Assembly: GCA_964551735.1 (NCBI GenBank)
Contig: CAZKEF010000001.1
Location: 209,847-273,846, forward strand
From: an uncultured Anaerolineales bacterium
GTDB lineage: Bacteria > Chloroflexota > Anaerolineae > CG2-30-64-16
DNA length: 64,000 bases
Direction of reading: 5' to 3'
Shown one piece after another: positions 46,128 through 55,212 of this stretch. The translations under genes and the position numbers were made by a program. The notes beneath the pieces are model-generated. The model searched no databases. It had not been told where the DNA came from and saw only the letters and a program-made list of their open reading frames with translations. The first letter of the stretch is position 1, and every line of letters begins with the position of its first letter.

Positions 46128-46901
46128 ATGACCGCATCACCGTTGCGCAATCCTCACCTCGAGGGCGAACCGTTCACCTGGGAGGGCGGGCCGGACGGCG
46201 TGCTGCTGATCCACGGCTTCACCGCCACCACCGCCGAAGTCCGCCCCCTGGCGCAAAGCCTGTATGCACAAGGCTACACTGTGGCCGGGCCGCTGCTGCC
46301 CGGCCACTACGCTCAGCCCGAAGATATCAACCGCTACCGTTGGCGCGACTGGGTTCGCACCGCCGAGGAAGCTTACCGCCAACTGACATCCCGCTGCCGC
46401 CGTGTCGTCGTCGGCGGTGAATCTACCGGCGCGGTGTTGGCGCTCTACCTGGCCAGCGACCATCCGGAGGTCGCCGCCGTGCTGGCCTACGCACCCGCCC
46501 TGCGCCTAACCGGAGGCTGGCCGAAGACCCTGGCGCTCTTTGCGCTAGCGCCGTTCGTGGCCCAGATACCCAAGCCGGAGCACCCTGGCCCACCCACCGA
46601 GGCCGATGCGCTCTGGCAAGGTTATCCTGTCAATCCGCTGCGGGGCGCGCGCGAGCTGCTGCGCCTGCAGCGCGCAACACTGCCCCGGCTCAGCGCCATC
46701 AACCAGCCCCTCCTTATCGTCCAGGGCCGGCTGGATGACACCGTACATCCCAGCGCGCCGCAGATCATCTACGACCGGGTCCGCTCCACGGTCAAGGAGC
46801 TGCACTGGATGGAACGTTCAACCCACTGCGCCATCCTCGATCAGGAACGCCAACAGATCTTCGCCATGACGGCGCAGTTCCTGGCGCGCATCCTGAAGTA
46901 A
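46128..46901 (+). CDS. Carboxylesterase (Est-type alpha/beta hydrolase)
   Basis: …LLIHGFTATTAEVRPLAQSL…GPLLPGH… with nucleophile elbow GGESTG and a C-terminal His region. Confidence 0.8.
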   Translation: MTASPLRNPHLEGEPFTWEGGPDGVLLIHGFTATTAEVRPLAQSLYAQGYTVAGPLLPGHYAQPEDINRYRWRDWVRTAEEAYRQLTSRCRRVVVGGESTGAVLALYLASDHPEVAAVLAYAPALRLTGGWPKTLALFALAPFVAQIPKPEHPGPPTEADALWQGYPVNPLRGARELLRLQRATLPRLSAINQPLLIVQGRLDDTVHPSAPQIIYDRVRSTVKELHWMERSTHCAILDQERQQIFAMTAQFLARILK

Positions 46902-46936
46902 TCGAATGGTTATTATTCATCAAGGAGGACGCCATC

Positions 46937-48376
46937 ATGTCTCGTGCACTTCGTTGGTACGACTACATCACCATCAACATCTTCTTCTTCGGCCTTACGG
47001 CCCTTTCACAGACTAACGGCCTAGTCTTCCCGCTGCTAGTGCAGGGCTTCGTCGGTGAAGCGCAGAAAGGCGCCTACCTGGGCCGGCTGCGCTTGTGGAC
47101 GCTGATGGTGGCGCTGCTGTGGCAGGCAGTCATCGGCATGTTGTCGGATCGGAGCACGCTGCCCTGGGGCCGGCGACGACCGTTCATTTTCATCGGCACG
47201 GTAGGCATCCTGATCTTCATCGTGTTGATCGGCGTATCCGCGGGCATGACCGGCATGCCCGGCTTCTGGTTCCTGTTCGCCATGGCCATCCTGCAATCGT
47301 TCGCGGCCAATACCGCTCACGGCGCACAGCAGGGCTTGATCCCCGACCTGGTGCCCGAAGACAAACGCGGCCGCTTCTCCGGTATCAAAGCCGTGCTCGA
47401 AGTGCCCCTCCCGATGCTGGTGGTCTCCTTCACGGTCGCCACGCTGATCGGCGCGGGCAACCTGTGGGCGGGCCTGGGCGTGGTGATGGCAGTATTGGTG
47501 ATCGTCATGCTGCTTGCCATGCTGGCGCCGGAAAAACGGCTGGCCGCCGCGGTCGGCCCCTTCAACTGGGCGCCCATCCTGCGCCTGGCGCTGATGACCG
47601 GCATCTTCACGGCGATCATCCTGGGGATGGGCGCCGGCACGCAACAGATCAAAACCTTGCTGAGGTCGCTTACCACCCCCGCGGCGCTTCTGCCGGCCGC
47701 CGGGTTGATTGGGCTGCTGGCGATCGCGATCACCGTGGCAATAGGCGTGTGGATCAGCGTGCGCATCAGCATTGGCGCGGAGGCAGCGCAGAAGAACCCA
47801 TCGTTCACCTGGTGGGTGGTGAACCGCCTGGCATTCCTGGTGGGCACCACCAACCTGTCGACGTTTGCGGTTTATTTCCTGCAAGGGCGGCTGGGGCTGG
47901 TGCGCGAGGAGGCCGCGGGGCCGGCTGCGCTGTTGATGGCCGTGATCGGCGTCTTCATCCTGGTCTCGGCGTTGCCCAGCGGCTGGCTGGCCGACAAGTT
48001 CGGGCATAAGCGCCTGACCGGCATCGCTGGCCTCACTGCCGCCCTGGGGGTGGCCATCGCCCTGCTGCAGCCAAACATGACCGTGATCTACGCAGGCGGC
48101 GGCCTGATCGGCATCGCAACCGGCCTCTTCTACGCGGCGAACTGGGCCCTGGGCACCGAGCTGGCCCCACGGGCCGAAGCAGGCCGCTACCTGGGGATCT
48201 CCAACCTGGCCGGCGCAGGCGCGGGGGCCGTGGGCGCCTACATCGGCGGCCCGCTGGCCGATTTCGTCACTGCGCAGTTGCCCGCACTGCCCGGCGCGGG
48301 ATACATCCTGCTGTTCGCCATCTTCGGCGTGATGTTCTTGCTCTCAGTGGTTGCGCTGCGGGGTGTGCGGATATAG
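46937..48376 (+). CDS. MFS transporter
   Basis: 12-14 predicted TM helices and Major Facilitator Superfamily organisation. Confidence 0.8.
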   Translation: MSRALRWYDYITINIFFFGLTALSQTNGLVFPLLVQGFVGEAQKGAYLGRLRLWTLMVALLWQAVIGMLSDRSTLPWGRRRPFIFIGTVGILIFIVLIGVSAGMTGMPGFWFLFAMAILQSFAANTAHGAQQGLIPDLVPEDKRGRFSGIKAVLEVPLPMLVVSFTVATLIGAGNLWAGLGVVMAVLVIVMLLAMLAPEKRLAAAVGPFNWAPILRLALMTGIFTAIILGMGAGTQQIKTLLRSLTTPAALLPAAGLIGLLAIAITVAIGVWISVRISIGAEAAQKNPSFTWWVVNRLAFLVGTTNLSTFAVYFLQGRLGLVREEAAGPAALLMAVIGVFILVSALPSGWLADKFGHKRLTGIAGLTAALGVAIALLQPNMTVIYAGGGLIGIATGLFYAANWALGTELAPRAEAGRYLGISNLAGAGAGAVGAYIGGPLADFVTAQLPALPGAGYILLFAIFGVMFLLSVVALRGVRI

Positions 48377-48387
48377 CCATAGTGAAG

Positions 48388-48424
48388 CCAAAGGCCGCAG
48401 CGGCGATGCTGCTGCGGCCTTTGG
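48388..48424. terminator. Perfect 14-bp stem / 6-nt loop hairpin between the convergent MFS and ferredoxin genes (bidirectional terminator candidate)
   Basis: CCAAAGGCCGCAGC-ggcgat-GCTGCGGCCTTTGG. No U-tract on either side. Confidence 0.5.
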
Positions 48425-48446
48425 CTCTAACCCAGAGAAGGCGAGA

Positions 48447-48648
48447 TCAAAGCTCAGTGATCGTGATGGCGCCCTCTTCGCAGCTCGACTCGCATGAATA
48501 GCAGCCGATGCACTCATCAGGATCGCCCTTGAACATGGCATACTGCTTGCCGTTCTCCTCCACCAGGGCGATGAGTTCCTGCGGACAGGAATCAACGCAG
48601 TCCCCGCACGCCTGGCACTTCTCGATATCAATAGTTACCACGTACATG
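48447..48648 (-). CDS. 2x[4Fe-4S] ferredoxin (67 aa)
   Basis: MYVVTIDIEKCQACGDCVDSCP…CIGCYSCESSCE, with RBS GGAGG 7 nt upstream. The longer 113-aa ORF in the track is probably an over-extension. Confidence 0.75.
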
Positions 48649-48777
48649 TTCTTGCCTCCGATTAAGATCGAGCGGCCTTGCTGATTTCTGCAGGCCAAAC
48701 GGTAATACTCTAACACCTTGCTTCCCTCAAGCACATGATCGCAGTCAGGTTCGTGATAGATGTTTTTGCACAAGTGA

Positions 48778-48806
48778 TTGACTTGCACGGCGCAAAGTAA
48801 TATAAT
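48778..48806 (+). promoter_or_regulatory. Consensus sigma70 promoter driving the CHAT/STAND operon
   Basis: TTGACT-17 bp-TATAAT (ttgacttgcacggcgcaaagtaatataat). RBS GAGGGAG lies before the ATG at 48849, in an AT-rich divergent region shared with the ferredoxin gene. Confidence 0.55.
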
Positions 48807-48848
48807 CTATTTGCATCTTTGTAGCGGCTCGATCAAACGAGGGAGACC

Positions 48849-51419
48849 ATGACAATGATCGAGTACTTGGACTTCGACCTCCGTATTACAAGCTCGCCTA
48901 CGGGTTACCGCGCTCAAGTGCTTTGTGCGCCGGCCGGCGAGGCGAGCGACGAGTTCACCCTGCCCTTCTCGAACGACGAGATCGAAATCTTTCGCCTGCG
49001 AGTCGGCCGGTCAACCCAGGGCACGCGCCGCATGGAATCTCAGGAGTTGTCTGCGGCCAAGACCTTCGGTGGCAAGCTCTTCCGGGCCGCGTTCGGTGGC
49101 AACGTGCAGAGCTGCTTCCGCAGCAGCCTGGAACAAGCGGTTGCGCAGAATAAAGGACTGCGCCTGCGCTTGCGACTCACCGATGCGCCCGAGCTGGCCG
49201 ACCTGCCGTGGGAATATCTCTACAACCCAGATCTCAACCGCTTCTTCGGGCTCTCCGTTGAAACACCCATCGTGCGCTATCTCGACCTGCCCACCCAGAT
49301 CAAGCCACTGGCGATCCGACCGCCGCTGCGCCTGCTGGTCATGATCGCCAGCCCGTCCGATTATCCCACCCTGGCCGTGGAGGAAGAATGGCGTCAACTG
49401 CAGGACGCCCTCGCTGGCCTGCTCCGCAAGCAGATCGTCGCGATTGACCGGTTGGACCCGCCAACGCTGCCGGCGCTGCGGGCCCGGCTGCGCGCCAACG
49501 GTTATCATGCTTTTCATTTCATCGGCCACGGCGCCTTTGATGAGAACGTCCAGGATGGCTTGTTGCTGATGGAGGACGCTTCTGGCCGGGGCAAGGCTGT
49601 CCCAGGGCAATTGCTGGGCGCCCTTCTCCACGACGAGCGGACGTTGCGCCTGGCCGTGCTGAACGCGTGCGAAGGCGGTCGCGCGTCACGGACCGATCCC
49701 TTCGCCGGCGTCGCACAAAGCTTGCTGCAGCAAGAGATCCCCGCCGTCATTGCCATGCAGTTCCCGATCACCGACGAGGCTGCGGCCGCGTTTTCGCGCG
49801 AATTCTACGCGGCTGTTGCGGTCGGTCTGCCCGTGGACGCCGCGCTGGCCGAGGCGCGCAAAGCCATCCTCACCGACGTCAGCGATGTGGAGTGGGGCAA
49901 GCCGGTGCTTTACCTACGCGCGGCCGATGGCCGGGTGTTCGATATCGCTGGCCCGATCACGCAACCCGCGTCCGACCCCCGTGCCGGCCCTCAGCCATCA
50001 GCGCAGCGCCTCGCCGAGCTATACGATCAGGCGCTCGGCTACTATTACACCGACCAGTGGGGCCCAGCGATCCAAGCTCTCCAGGAGATCCTGGCGTTGC
50101 AGCCCGACTACGAAGACGCAGCCAACAAGTTGACCGCGGCAACCCGGCAGCAAACCCTGATGGAGAACTACACGGCGGGCCAGCACGCGTACCAAGCCGG
50201 CGCCTGGGCGGAAGCTGTCCACTGGCTGGAGGCTGTCGTGACCCTTGAGCCGGGTTATCACGATGCGGGGACACTGCTGGCCGAAGCCCGTCGCCGCCAC
50301 AATCTGGCCGAGCTTTACGCCGAAGCCCAACGCGTGTTCAAGACCAGCAACTGGCAGGCTGTGCTCAATATCGGCGAGCGCATCGCGGCCCTGGCGCCGG
50401 ATTATCCCGACCCCGACGGCCTGGTTGCGACGGCGCGTGAACGGCTGGCGGCTGAGGGACAGGAACACCGGGCGGCTGGAGCGTACAGGCAGGGCTTGCG
50501 CTACCTGGATGCCAAGATGTGGGCCGAAGCGGTGGCGGCGTTCGAACAGGCCGAGGCGGCGGTGCCCGGCTACCAACAGGCGGCGGATCTTGCGGCGCGG
50601 ACGCGCCAAACGCTGGCCGATCAAAAAGCCGCGGCAGAGCGCGCGGCGCGCGCCGAGGCGCTCTATCGCCAGGCTGCGCAGGCTCTCAAGGCAGGGCAGG
50701 TCTCGGAAGCCATCGGACATCTGGAAGCGCTTGAGCAGGCATCGCCCGGCTACAAGGAGGCGGAAGCGCTGCTCACGCGCGCGCGCATGACCCTGGCCGA
50801 ACAGCAAGCCGCGGCGGAACTGGCAGCGCGAGCCGAGACGCTGTATCGCCAGGCAACGCAGGCTCTCAAGGCTAACAAGCTGGCAGAAGCGATCAGTCAC
50901 CTTGAGGCGCTGGACAAAATGGCGCAAGGCTATCGGGACACTGAAAAACTGCTGGCCCAGGCCCGACAGCGCTTGGCCCAACGCGTTGCAGCCGAACAAC
51001 GCCAGGCCCAGGTGAGTGATGCCTACCGCCGCGCGAACGAGGCATTGGCCGCGCGCGACTGGGACACAGCGGGCACCCTGCTGATGCAAGTCCAAACGCT
51101 TGAACCCGACTATCGCGATGTTGCCCGCAAGCTGGTTGAAGCCCGAGAGCAGGGCGCGTTGGCTGCGCGATTCAGCCGTGCCGTGGCACACTTGCAGGCG
51201 GGGCAGTGGGCCGAAGCCGTCGGCGCGCTGCGCGAGATCGTGGCCCAGGCGCCCAACTATGTTGATCCGGTCTACGGAAGCGCCGTCGGACTGTTGACCC
51301 AGGCGCTGCAACAAAAGGAACGGGCCGAGCTGCCGCCACCGCCGGCCCGGCGCGACCGCCCGAAGCCACCCGATGAAGCAGCCAGACCGCGTGGCAAGCC
51401 GAAAGATATCCCGCGCTGA
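48849..51419 (+). CDS. CHAT-domain (caspase-like peptidase) protein with C-terminal TPR-like repeats
   Basis: Caspase-fold dyad HAFHFIGHG … AVLNACEGG. The C-terminal ~400 aa consist of repeated ~60-aa helical/TPR-like units (…AEAVHWLEAVVTLEPGYHDAG…; …EAIGHLEALEQASPGYKEAEALL…). Confidence 0.8.
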   Translation: MTMIEYLDFDLRITSSPTGYRAQVLCAPAGEASDEFTLPFSNDEIEIFRLRVGRSTQGTRRMESQELSAAKTFGGKLFRAAFGGNVQSCFRSSLEQAVAQNKGLRLRLRLTDAPELADLPWEYLYNPDLNRFFGLSVETPIVRYLDLPTQIKPLAIRPPLRLLVMIASPSDYPTLAVEEEWRQLQDALAGLLRKQIVAIDRLDPPTLPALRARLRANGYHAFHFIGHGAFDENVQDGLLLMEDASGRGKAVPGQLLGALLHDERTLRLAVLNACEGGRASRTDPFAGVAQSLLQQEIPAVIAMQFPITDEAAAAFSREFYAAVAVGLPVDAALAEARKAILTDVSDVEWGKPVLYLRAADGRVFDIAGPITQPASDPRAGPQPSAQRLAELYDQALGYYYTDQWGPAIQALQEILALQPDYEDAANKLTAATRQQTLMENYTAGQHAYQAGAWAEAVHWLEAVVTLEPGYHDAGTLLAEARRRHNLAELYAEAQRVFKTSNWQAVLNIGERIAALAPDYPDPDGLVATARERLAAEGQEHRAAGAYRQGLRYLDAKMWAEAVAAFEQAEAAVPGYQQAADLAARTRQTLADQKAAAERAARAEALYRQAAQALKAGQVSEAIGHLEALEQASPGYKEAEALLTRARMTLAEQQAAAELAARAETLYRQATQALKANKLAEAISHLEALDKMAQGYRDTEKLLAQARQRLAQRVAAEQRQAQVSDAYRRANEALAARDWDTAGTLLMQVQTLEPDYRDVARKLVEAREQGALAARFSRAVAHLQAGQWAEAVGALREIVAQAPNYVDPVYGSAVGLLTQALQQKERAELPPPPARRDRPKPPDEAARPRGKPKDIPR

Positions 51420-51435
51420 AAGCCAGGAGGGCGCC

Positions 51436-52977
51436 ATGAACTTCGCCGAAATCGAGGCCCTATACCGCAGCTTGAGAGCGCAGCACGCTGCCGGCACACT
51501 CAGCGAAGCCGACTTCAAAGCCCAACTCCAGGACCTGATGATTGAAGACGATCAGGGCCGCTGGTGGATCATCGGCTACGAGACAGGGCAGTGGTATGTC
51601 CACGACGGAGAGCAGTGGGCGCCGGGTGAGCCGCCGCGGCCGCCGAAACCTGCGAAAGAGACCCGACCAGAGCTGCCGCAGCCCCAAAACCAGCGATCGG
51701 GCCCTGCACCGGCGGTTGAGACGCCTCCAGCCGAGAGAACCCGGCCAGGCTGCACCAAGGTCACGCTGCGGCTAGCCGTCACGATCGGCGCCCTGGCAGT
51801 GGTGGCCGGGATCGGCTGGACCCTGTGGGGCAACGTACTGAGCCCCGGCCCGGCAGCTACGCCGACCCGGATGATCGCTCAGGCCTCACCTACGAGCGGC
51901 AACACGGCAGCAGCGAGTGGCAAGCTACAGATCGCCATTTTGGCGCCGTTGTCAGGTCCCGTCCCCGCCTTCGGAGTCATGACCCGCGACGGCGCTCTGC
52001 TCGCTATTGAGGAGTGGAACGCGAAGGGTGGCGTGTTGGGTAAAGAGATCGTGCCCATTATTAAGGACAGCCAGTGTACTGCCGACCCGGCAGTGAACGC
52101 GGCCAGACAAGTCATTTACGAAGACAAAGTGAAATTCATCGTGGGCGAAGTTTGCTCCAGTGCCTCTATCCCGATCTCCGAAATCGCCAACGCCGAGGGA
52201 GTGCTCCAGATCAGCCCTGCTTCCACCAATCCCAACGTGACAACAACACGAGATGGTGTGACGAAGGATTACATCTTTCGCGCCGGGTTCATTGATTCTT
52301 TCCAGGGTAGGGTGGGCGCCAGGTTTGCCTTGAACGAATTGCAGGCCAGGAACGCCTTCGTCCTGGCGGAAGCGGGTGATGTCTACAGCCAGGGGCTGGC
52401 CGAGGTATTCATAGCGGAGTTCGAAGCTGGAGGCGGCTCCATCTCCCGTCTAGAGAACTTCCAGGCCGGCGCCACCGATTTCGCGCCCATCCTTGCCCGA
52501 ATAGCCGCTGCGAAGCCGGACATCGTCTATTTATCTGCTTATTATAATAGCGTTAACCTCGTCACCCGGCAGGCTAAGGAGAAGGGCATCTCCACCATAT
52601 TCCTCGGCGGCGATGGCTGGAATTCGACGGAACTAGATCTACGCGCAGCTGCAGGTGGGTTTTTCACCGATCAATATGCTCCCGATGCGACGACGCCGGC
52701 CGCCCTGGCATTCCAGAAAGCATTCTCAGAGCATTATAAGAAAGTGCCTGATACCCTGGCTGCACTGGCGTATGACGCCACCAACATCTTGCTGCAAAGT
52801 ATCCAGGAAGCCAACAGCGCTGACCCGGCCAGGGTGAAGCACGCCGTGGCCAGGATCCGGTTCGTCGGCGTCACCGGTGTGATCAGTTTCGACGCGCAGC
52901 ACAACCCGGTCAAATCGGCCACCATCATGGAAGTAACCGAGACAGGCGTGAAGTTTAAGACCATGGTCAATCCGTAG
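51436..52977 (+). CDS. Membrane-anchored Leu/Ile/Val-binding-protein-like (PBP1) substrate-binding protein with a cytoplasmic SHOCT-like N-terminal domain
   Basis: RBS AGGAGG before the ATG at 51436. N-terminal ~75 aa (…LYRSLRAQHAAGTLSEADFKAQLQDLMIEDDQGRWWIIGYETGQWYVHDGEQW), a Pro-rich linker, a single TM helix, then a LivK-type SBP domain. No signal peptidase site. Confidence 0.7.
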   Translation: MNFAEIEALYRSLRAQHAAGTLSEADFKAQLQDLMIEDDQGRWWIIGYETGQWYVHDGEQWAPGEPPRPPKPAKETRPELPQPQNQRSGPAPAVETPPAERTRPGCTKVTLRLAVTIGALAVVAGIGWTLWGNVLSPGPAATPTRMIAQASPTSGNTAAASGKLQIAILAPLSGPVPAFGVMTRDGALLAIEEWNAKGGVLGKEIVPIIKDSQCTADPAVNAARQVIYEDKVKFIVGEVCSSASIPISEIANAEGVLQISPASTNPNVTTTRDGVTKDYIFRAGFIDSFQGRVGARFALNELQARNAFVLAEAGDVYSQGLAEVFIAEFEAGGGSISRLENFQAGATDFAPILARIAAAKPDIVYLSAYYNSVNLVTRQAKEKGISTIFLGGDGWNSTELDLRAAAGGFFTDQYAPDATTPAALAFQKAFSEHYKKVPDTLAALAYDATNILLQSIQEANSADPARVKHAVARIRFVGVTGVISFDAQHNPVKSATIMEVTETGVKFKTMVNP

Positions 52978-53031
52978 TTGCCGATCACTCAAACTGGTGG
53001 ATAGCCAGCGCAGCCCGAGAGGAGGACGCCC

Positions 53032-55149
53032 ATGCAGTTCGCAGAGATCGAAAGGGAATACAGGCGTCTCAGGGCGCAGCACGCTGCCGGCACACTCAGC
53101 GAAGCCGACTTCAAAGCCCAACTCCAGGACCTGATGATTGAAGACGATCAGGGCCGCTGGTGGATCATCGGCTACGAGACAGGGCAGTGGTATGTCCACG
53201 ACGGGGAGCAGTGGGTGCCGGGTGAGCCGCCGCGGCCGGTCCCTGAGACCCCACCGCCTAAGCCCGCACTTGAAATTCCCGCACCGCAGGTCAGGGCTGA
53301 ACCGCAGGAATCCATCGCCCGGCCGCTGCCGGTGGGAGAAGCCCACCCGCGTCCAACGCCGCAGCGCGCCAAAGGTCAGCCATGGCTCTGGGTGGTGGCC
53401 GGCATCGCAGGCGTGGTCTTGCTGGTTTTGCTGGTGCGGGCGGTTGAACGGATAGATAACCGGCCAACCCCGAAACCGGCCCCTATAGCAGCGCCTGCCC
53501 AACCCACGAAAGCCAGCGAAGCAACCAAGCTGCCCGAGCTCACCCAGAAACCCGAACCCACAAAAGCGCCAGCGCCGCAAGCGGCCCCGGCCGGCATCAT
53601 CACACGCATCACCGCACCTGACTGCAACTACGGCGGCGAGATCAAAGCCATCGAGGTGCTGGACGATCTGACCGTCAGGTTCACGTTGTGCTACCACGAC
53701 GTCGCGTTCCCGGCGAAGGTCGCACTGCCCCCCTTCGGCATCCTCCCGGCCGAGCACCTGATTGCCACCGGCGGCACGGGCAAGCTTCTGGAGGCGCCTA
53801 TCGGCACGGGACCTTACCGGCTGACGGAATGGCGGCCGGATGAATTCGTGCGCATGGAGGCCAACCCAAACTACTGGGGGAAGCCAGCCACGATTCCGAG
53901 GTTGGAGTTCCACTGGCTTGATAATGGGGATCTTCGCCTCGGTTACCTGCAAACAGGGGATGTAGATGGCATTGACAACCCACCGCCCCAGGTCTATGCC
54001 TCGATCCGGGACAATGCCGACCTCCGGCTGTATCCGCGCCCCGGCTTGAACACCGGGTACCTCGGCATCAGCAACCTGGCCAAGCCGTTCGATGACGTGC
54101 GCGTGCGCCGGGCCGTGGCGCTGGCTATTGACCGAGAATGGCTGGTGAAAGACGTTTACCCGGCGGGCACAATCATTGCCACCCACTTCACCCCGTGCGA
54201 GCTCCCCAACGGCTGCACGGGCCAGCCGTGGTACGATTTCGACCCCGAGCTGGCCCGGATGCTGCTGGCTGAGGCTGGCTATCCCGATGGCTTTGAGACT
54301 GAGCTCTTCTACCGCGATGGTCCCCGCAGCTACCTGCCAGATCCAGAAGGAACGGCGCGGTACATTGCCGGCAGGCTGGAGGAGCTCCTGAACATTCGCG
54401 TTAAGCTGACGGCCAGGGAGATGGATTCAACTGCTTTCAGGGAGGCTACCTGGGGCGGTGAGTTCCCGCTTTACCTGTCAGGTTGGGACGTAGACTACCC
54501 TGACCCGGTCAACTTCCTGAGCCCTTACTGGAGCGAGTTCGGCAACCCGAGACTCGAAGACGGCTTCCCCGAGATTTGGGCGATTCTGAAAGAAGCAACG
54601 CTGACCGCTTCCCCCGTGATGCGCGCTGAGTTGTACGCCCGCGCCAACGACCTGATCAAGCGTGAGGTTCCACTTGTGCCGCTGGTGCATGTCGGCTCGG
54701 CCGCCGCATTCCGGGCCGATGTGATCGGCGCGCACAGCAGCCCTTTGTATCTGGAGCAATTTGCCGCCATGAGCCTGAAGCAGGGTTCCACGCTGGTTTG
54801 GAAACAGGCGACTGCACCCAAAAGCCTTTACTGCGCGGACGAGATCTACGTGGACACCTGGCGCGCCTGCGCACAGATCACCGAATCGCTGCTGGGGTTC
54901 CAGGTGGGGAGCGCCGAGGTGACACCAGCCTTGGCCCATCGTTACGAACCCAATGAAGATCTGACAACTTGGACCTTTTACCTGCGACCGTCTGTGACAT
55001 TCCACGATGGCAGCACGCTCGACGCCAGCGACGTCGTCACCAGTTGGGCCGTGATGTGGGACGCGGCCAACCCGCTACACCGGGGCCGCACCGGCGCATT
55101 CGACTATTTTTTATGGATGTTCGACAAGTTCCTGAACGCGAAGAACTGA
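53032..55149 (+). CDS. Membrane-anchored family-5 substrate-binding protein with the same cytoplasmic SHOCT-like N-terminal domain
   Basis: RBS GAGGAGGA. The N-terminal domain is near-identical to the preceding gene, then a TM helix (WLWVVAGIAGVVLLVLLV), then an SBP_bac_5 domain. Confidence 0.7.
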   Translation: MQFAEIEREYRRLRAQHAAGTLSEADFKAQLQDLMIEDDQGRWWIIGYETGQWYVHDGEQWVPGEPPRPVPETPPPKPALEIPAPQVRAEPQESIARPLPVGEAHPRPTPQRAKGQPWLWVVAGIAGVVLLVLLVRAVERIDNRPTPKPAPIAAPAQPTKASEATKLPELTQKPEPTKAPAPQAAPAGIITRITAPDCNYGGEIKAIEVLDDLTVRFTLCYHDVAFPAKVALPPFGILPAEHLIATGGTGKLLEAPIGTGPYRLTEWRPDEFVRMEANPNYWGKPATIPRLEFHWLDNGDLRLGYLQTGDVDGIDNPPPQVYASIRDNADLRLYPRPGLNTGYLGISNLAKPFDDVRVRRAVALAIDREWLVKDVYPAGTIIATHFTPCELPNGCTGQPWYDFDPELARMLLAEAGYPDGFETELFYRDGPRSYLPDPEGTARYIAGRLEELLNIRVKLTAREMDSTAFREATWGGEFPLYLSGWDVDYPDPVNFLSPYWSEFGNPRLEDGFPEIWAILKEATLTASPVMRAELYARANDLIKREVPLVPLVHVGSAAAFRADVIGAHSSPLYLEQFAAMSLKQGSTLVWKQATAPKSLYCADEIYVDTWRACAQITESLLGFQVGSAEVTPALAHRYEPNEDLTTWTFYLRPSVTFHDGSTLDASDVVTSWAVMWDAANPLHRGRTGAFDYFLWMFDKFLNAKN

Positions 55150-55212
55150 AGCAGTGTTGTTAGCCCGACCGACAAACAGATGTACGGGCGAGCAAAACAC
55201 CCGGAGGCCACC

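Noticed and set aside
55180-55212. ATG at 55180 as the start of the second CHAT gene
   Set aside because: The GTG at 55213 with a GGAGG RBS aligns with the start of the paralogous first CHAT gene (MTMIEYLDFDL / VPITSYLDFEL). The upstream 11 codons (MYGRAKHPEAT) are probably not translated.
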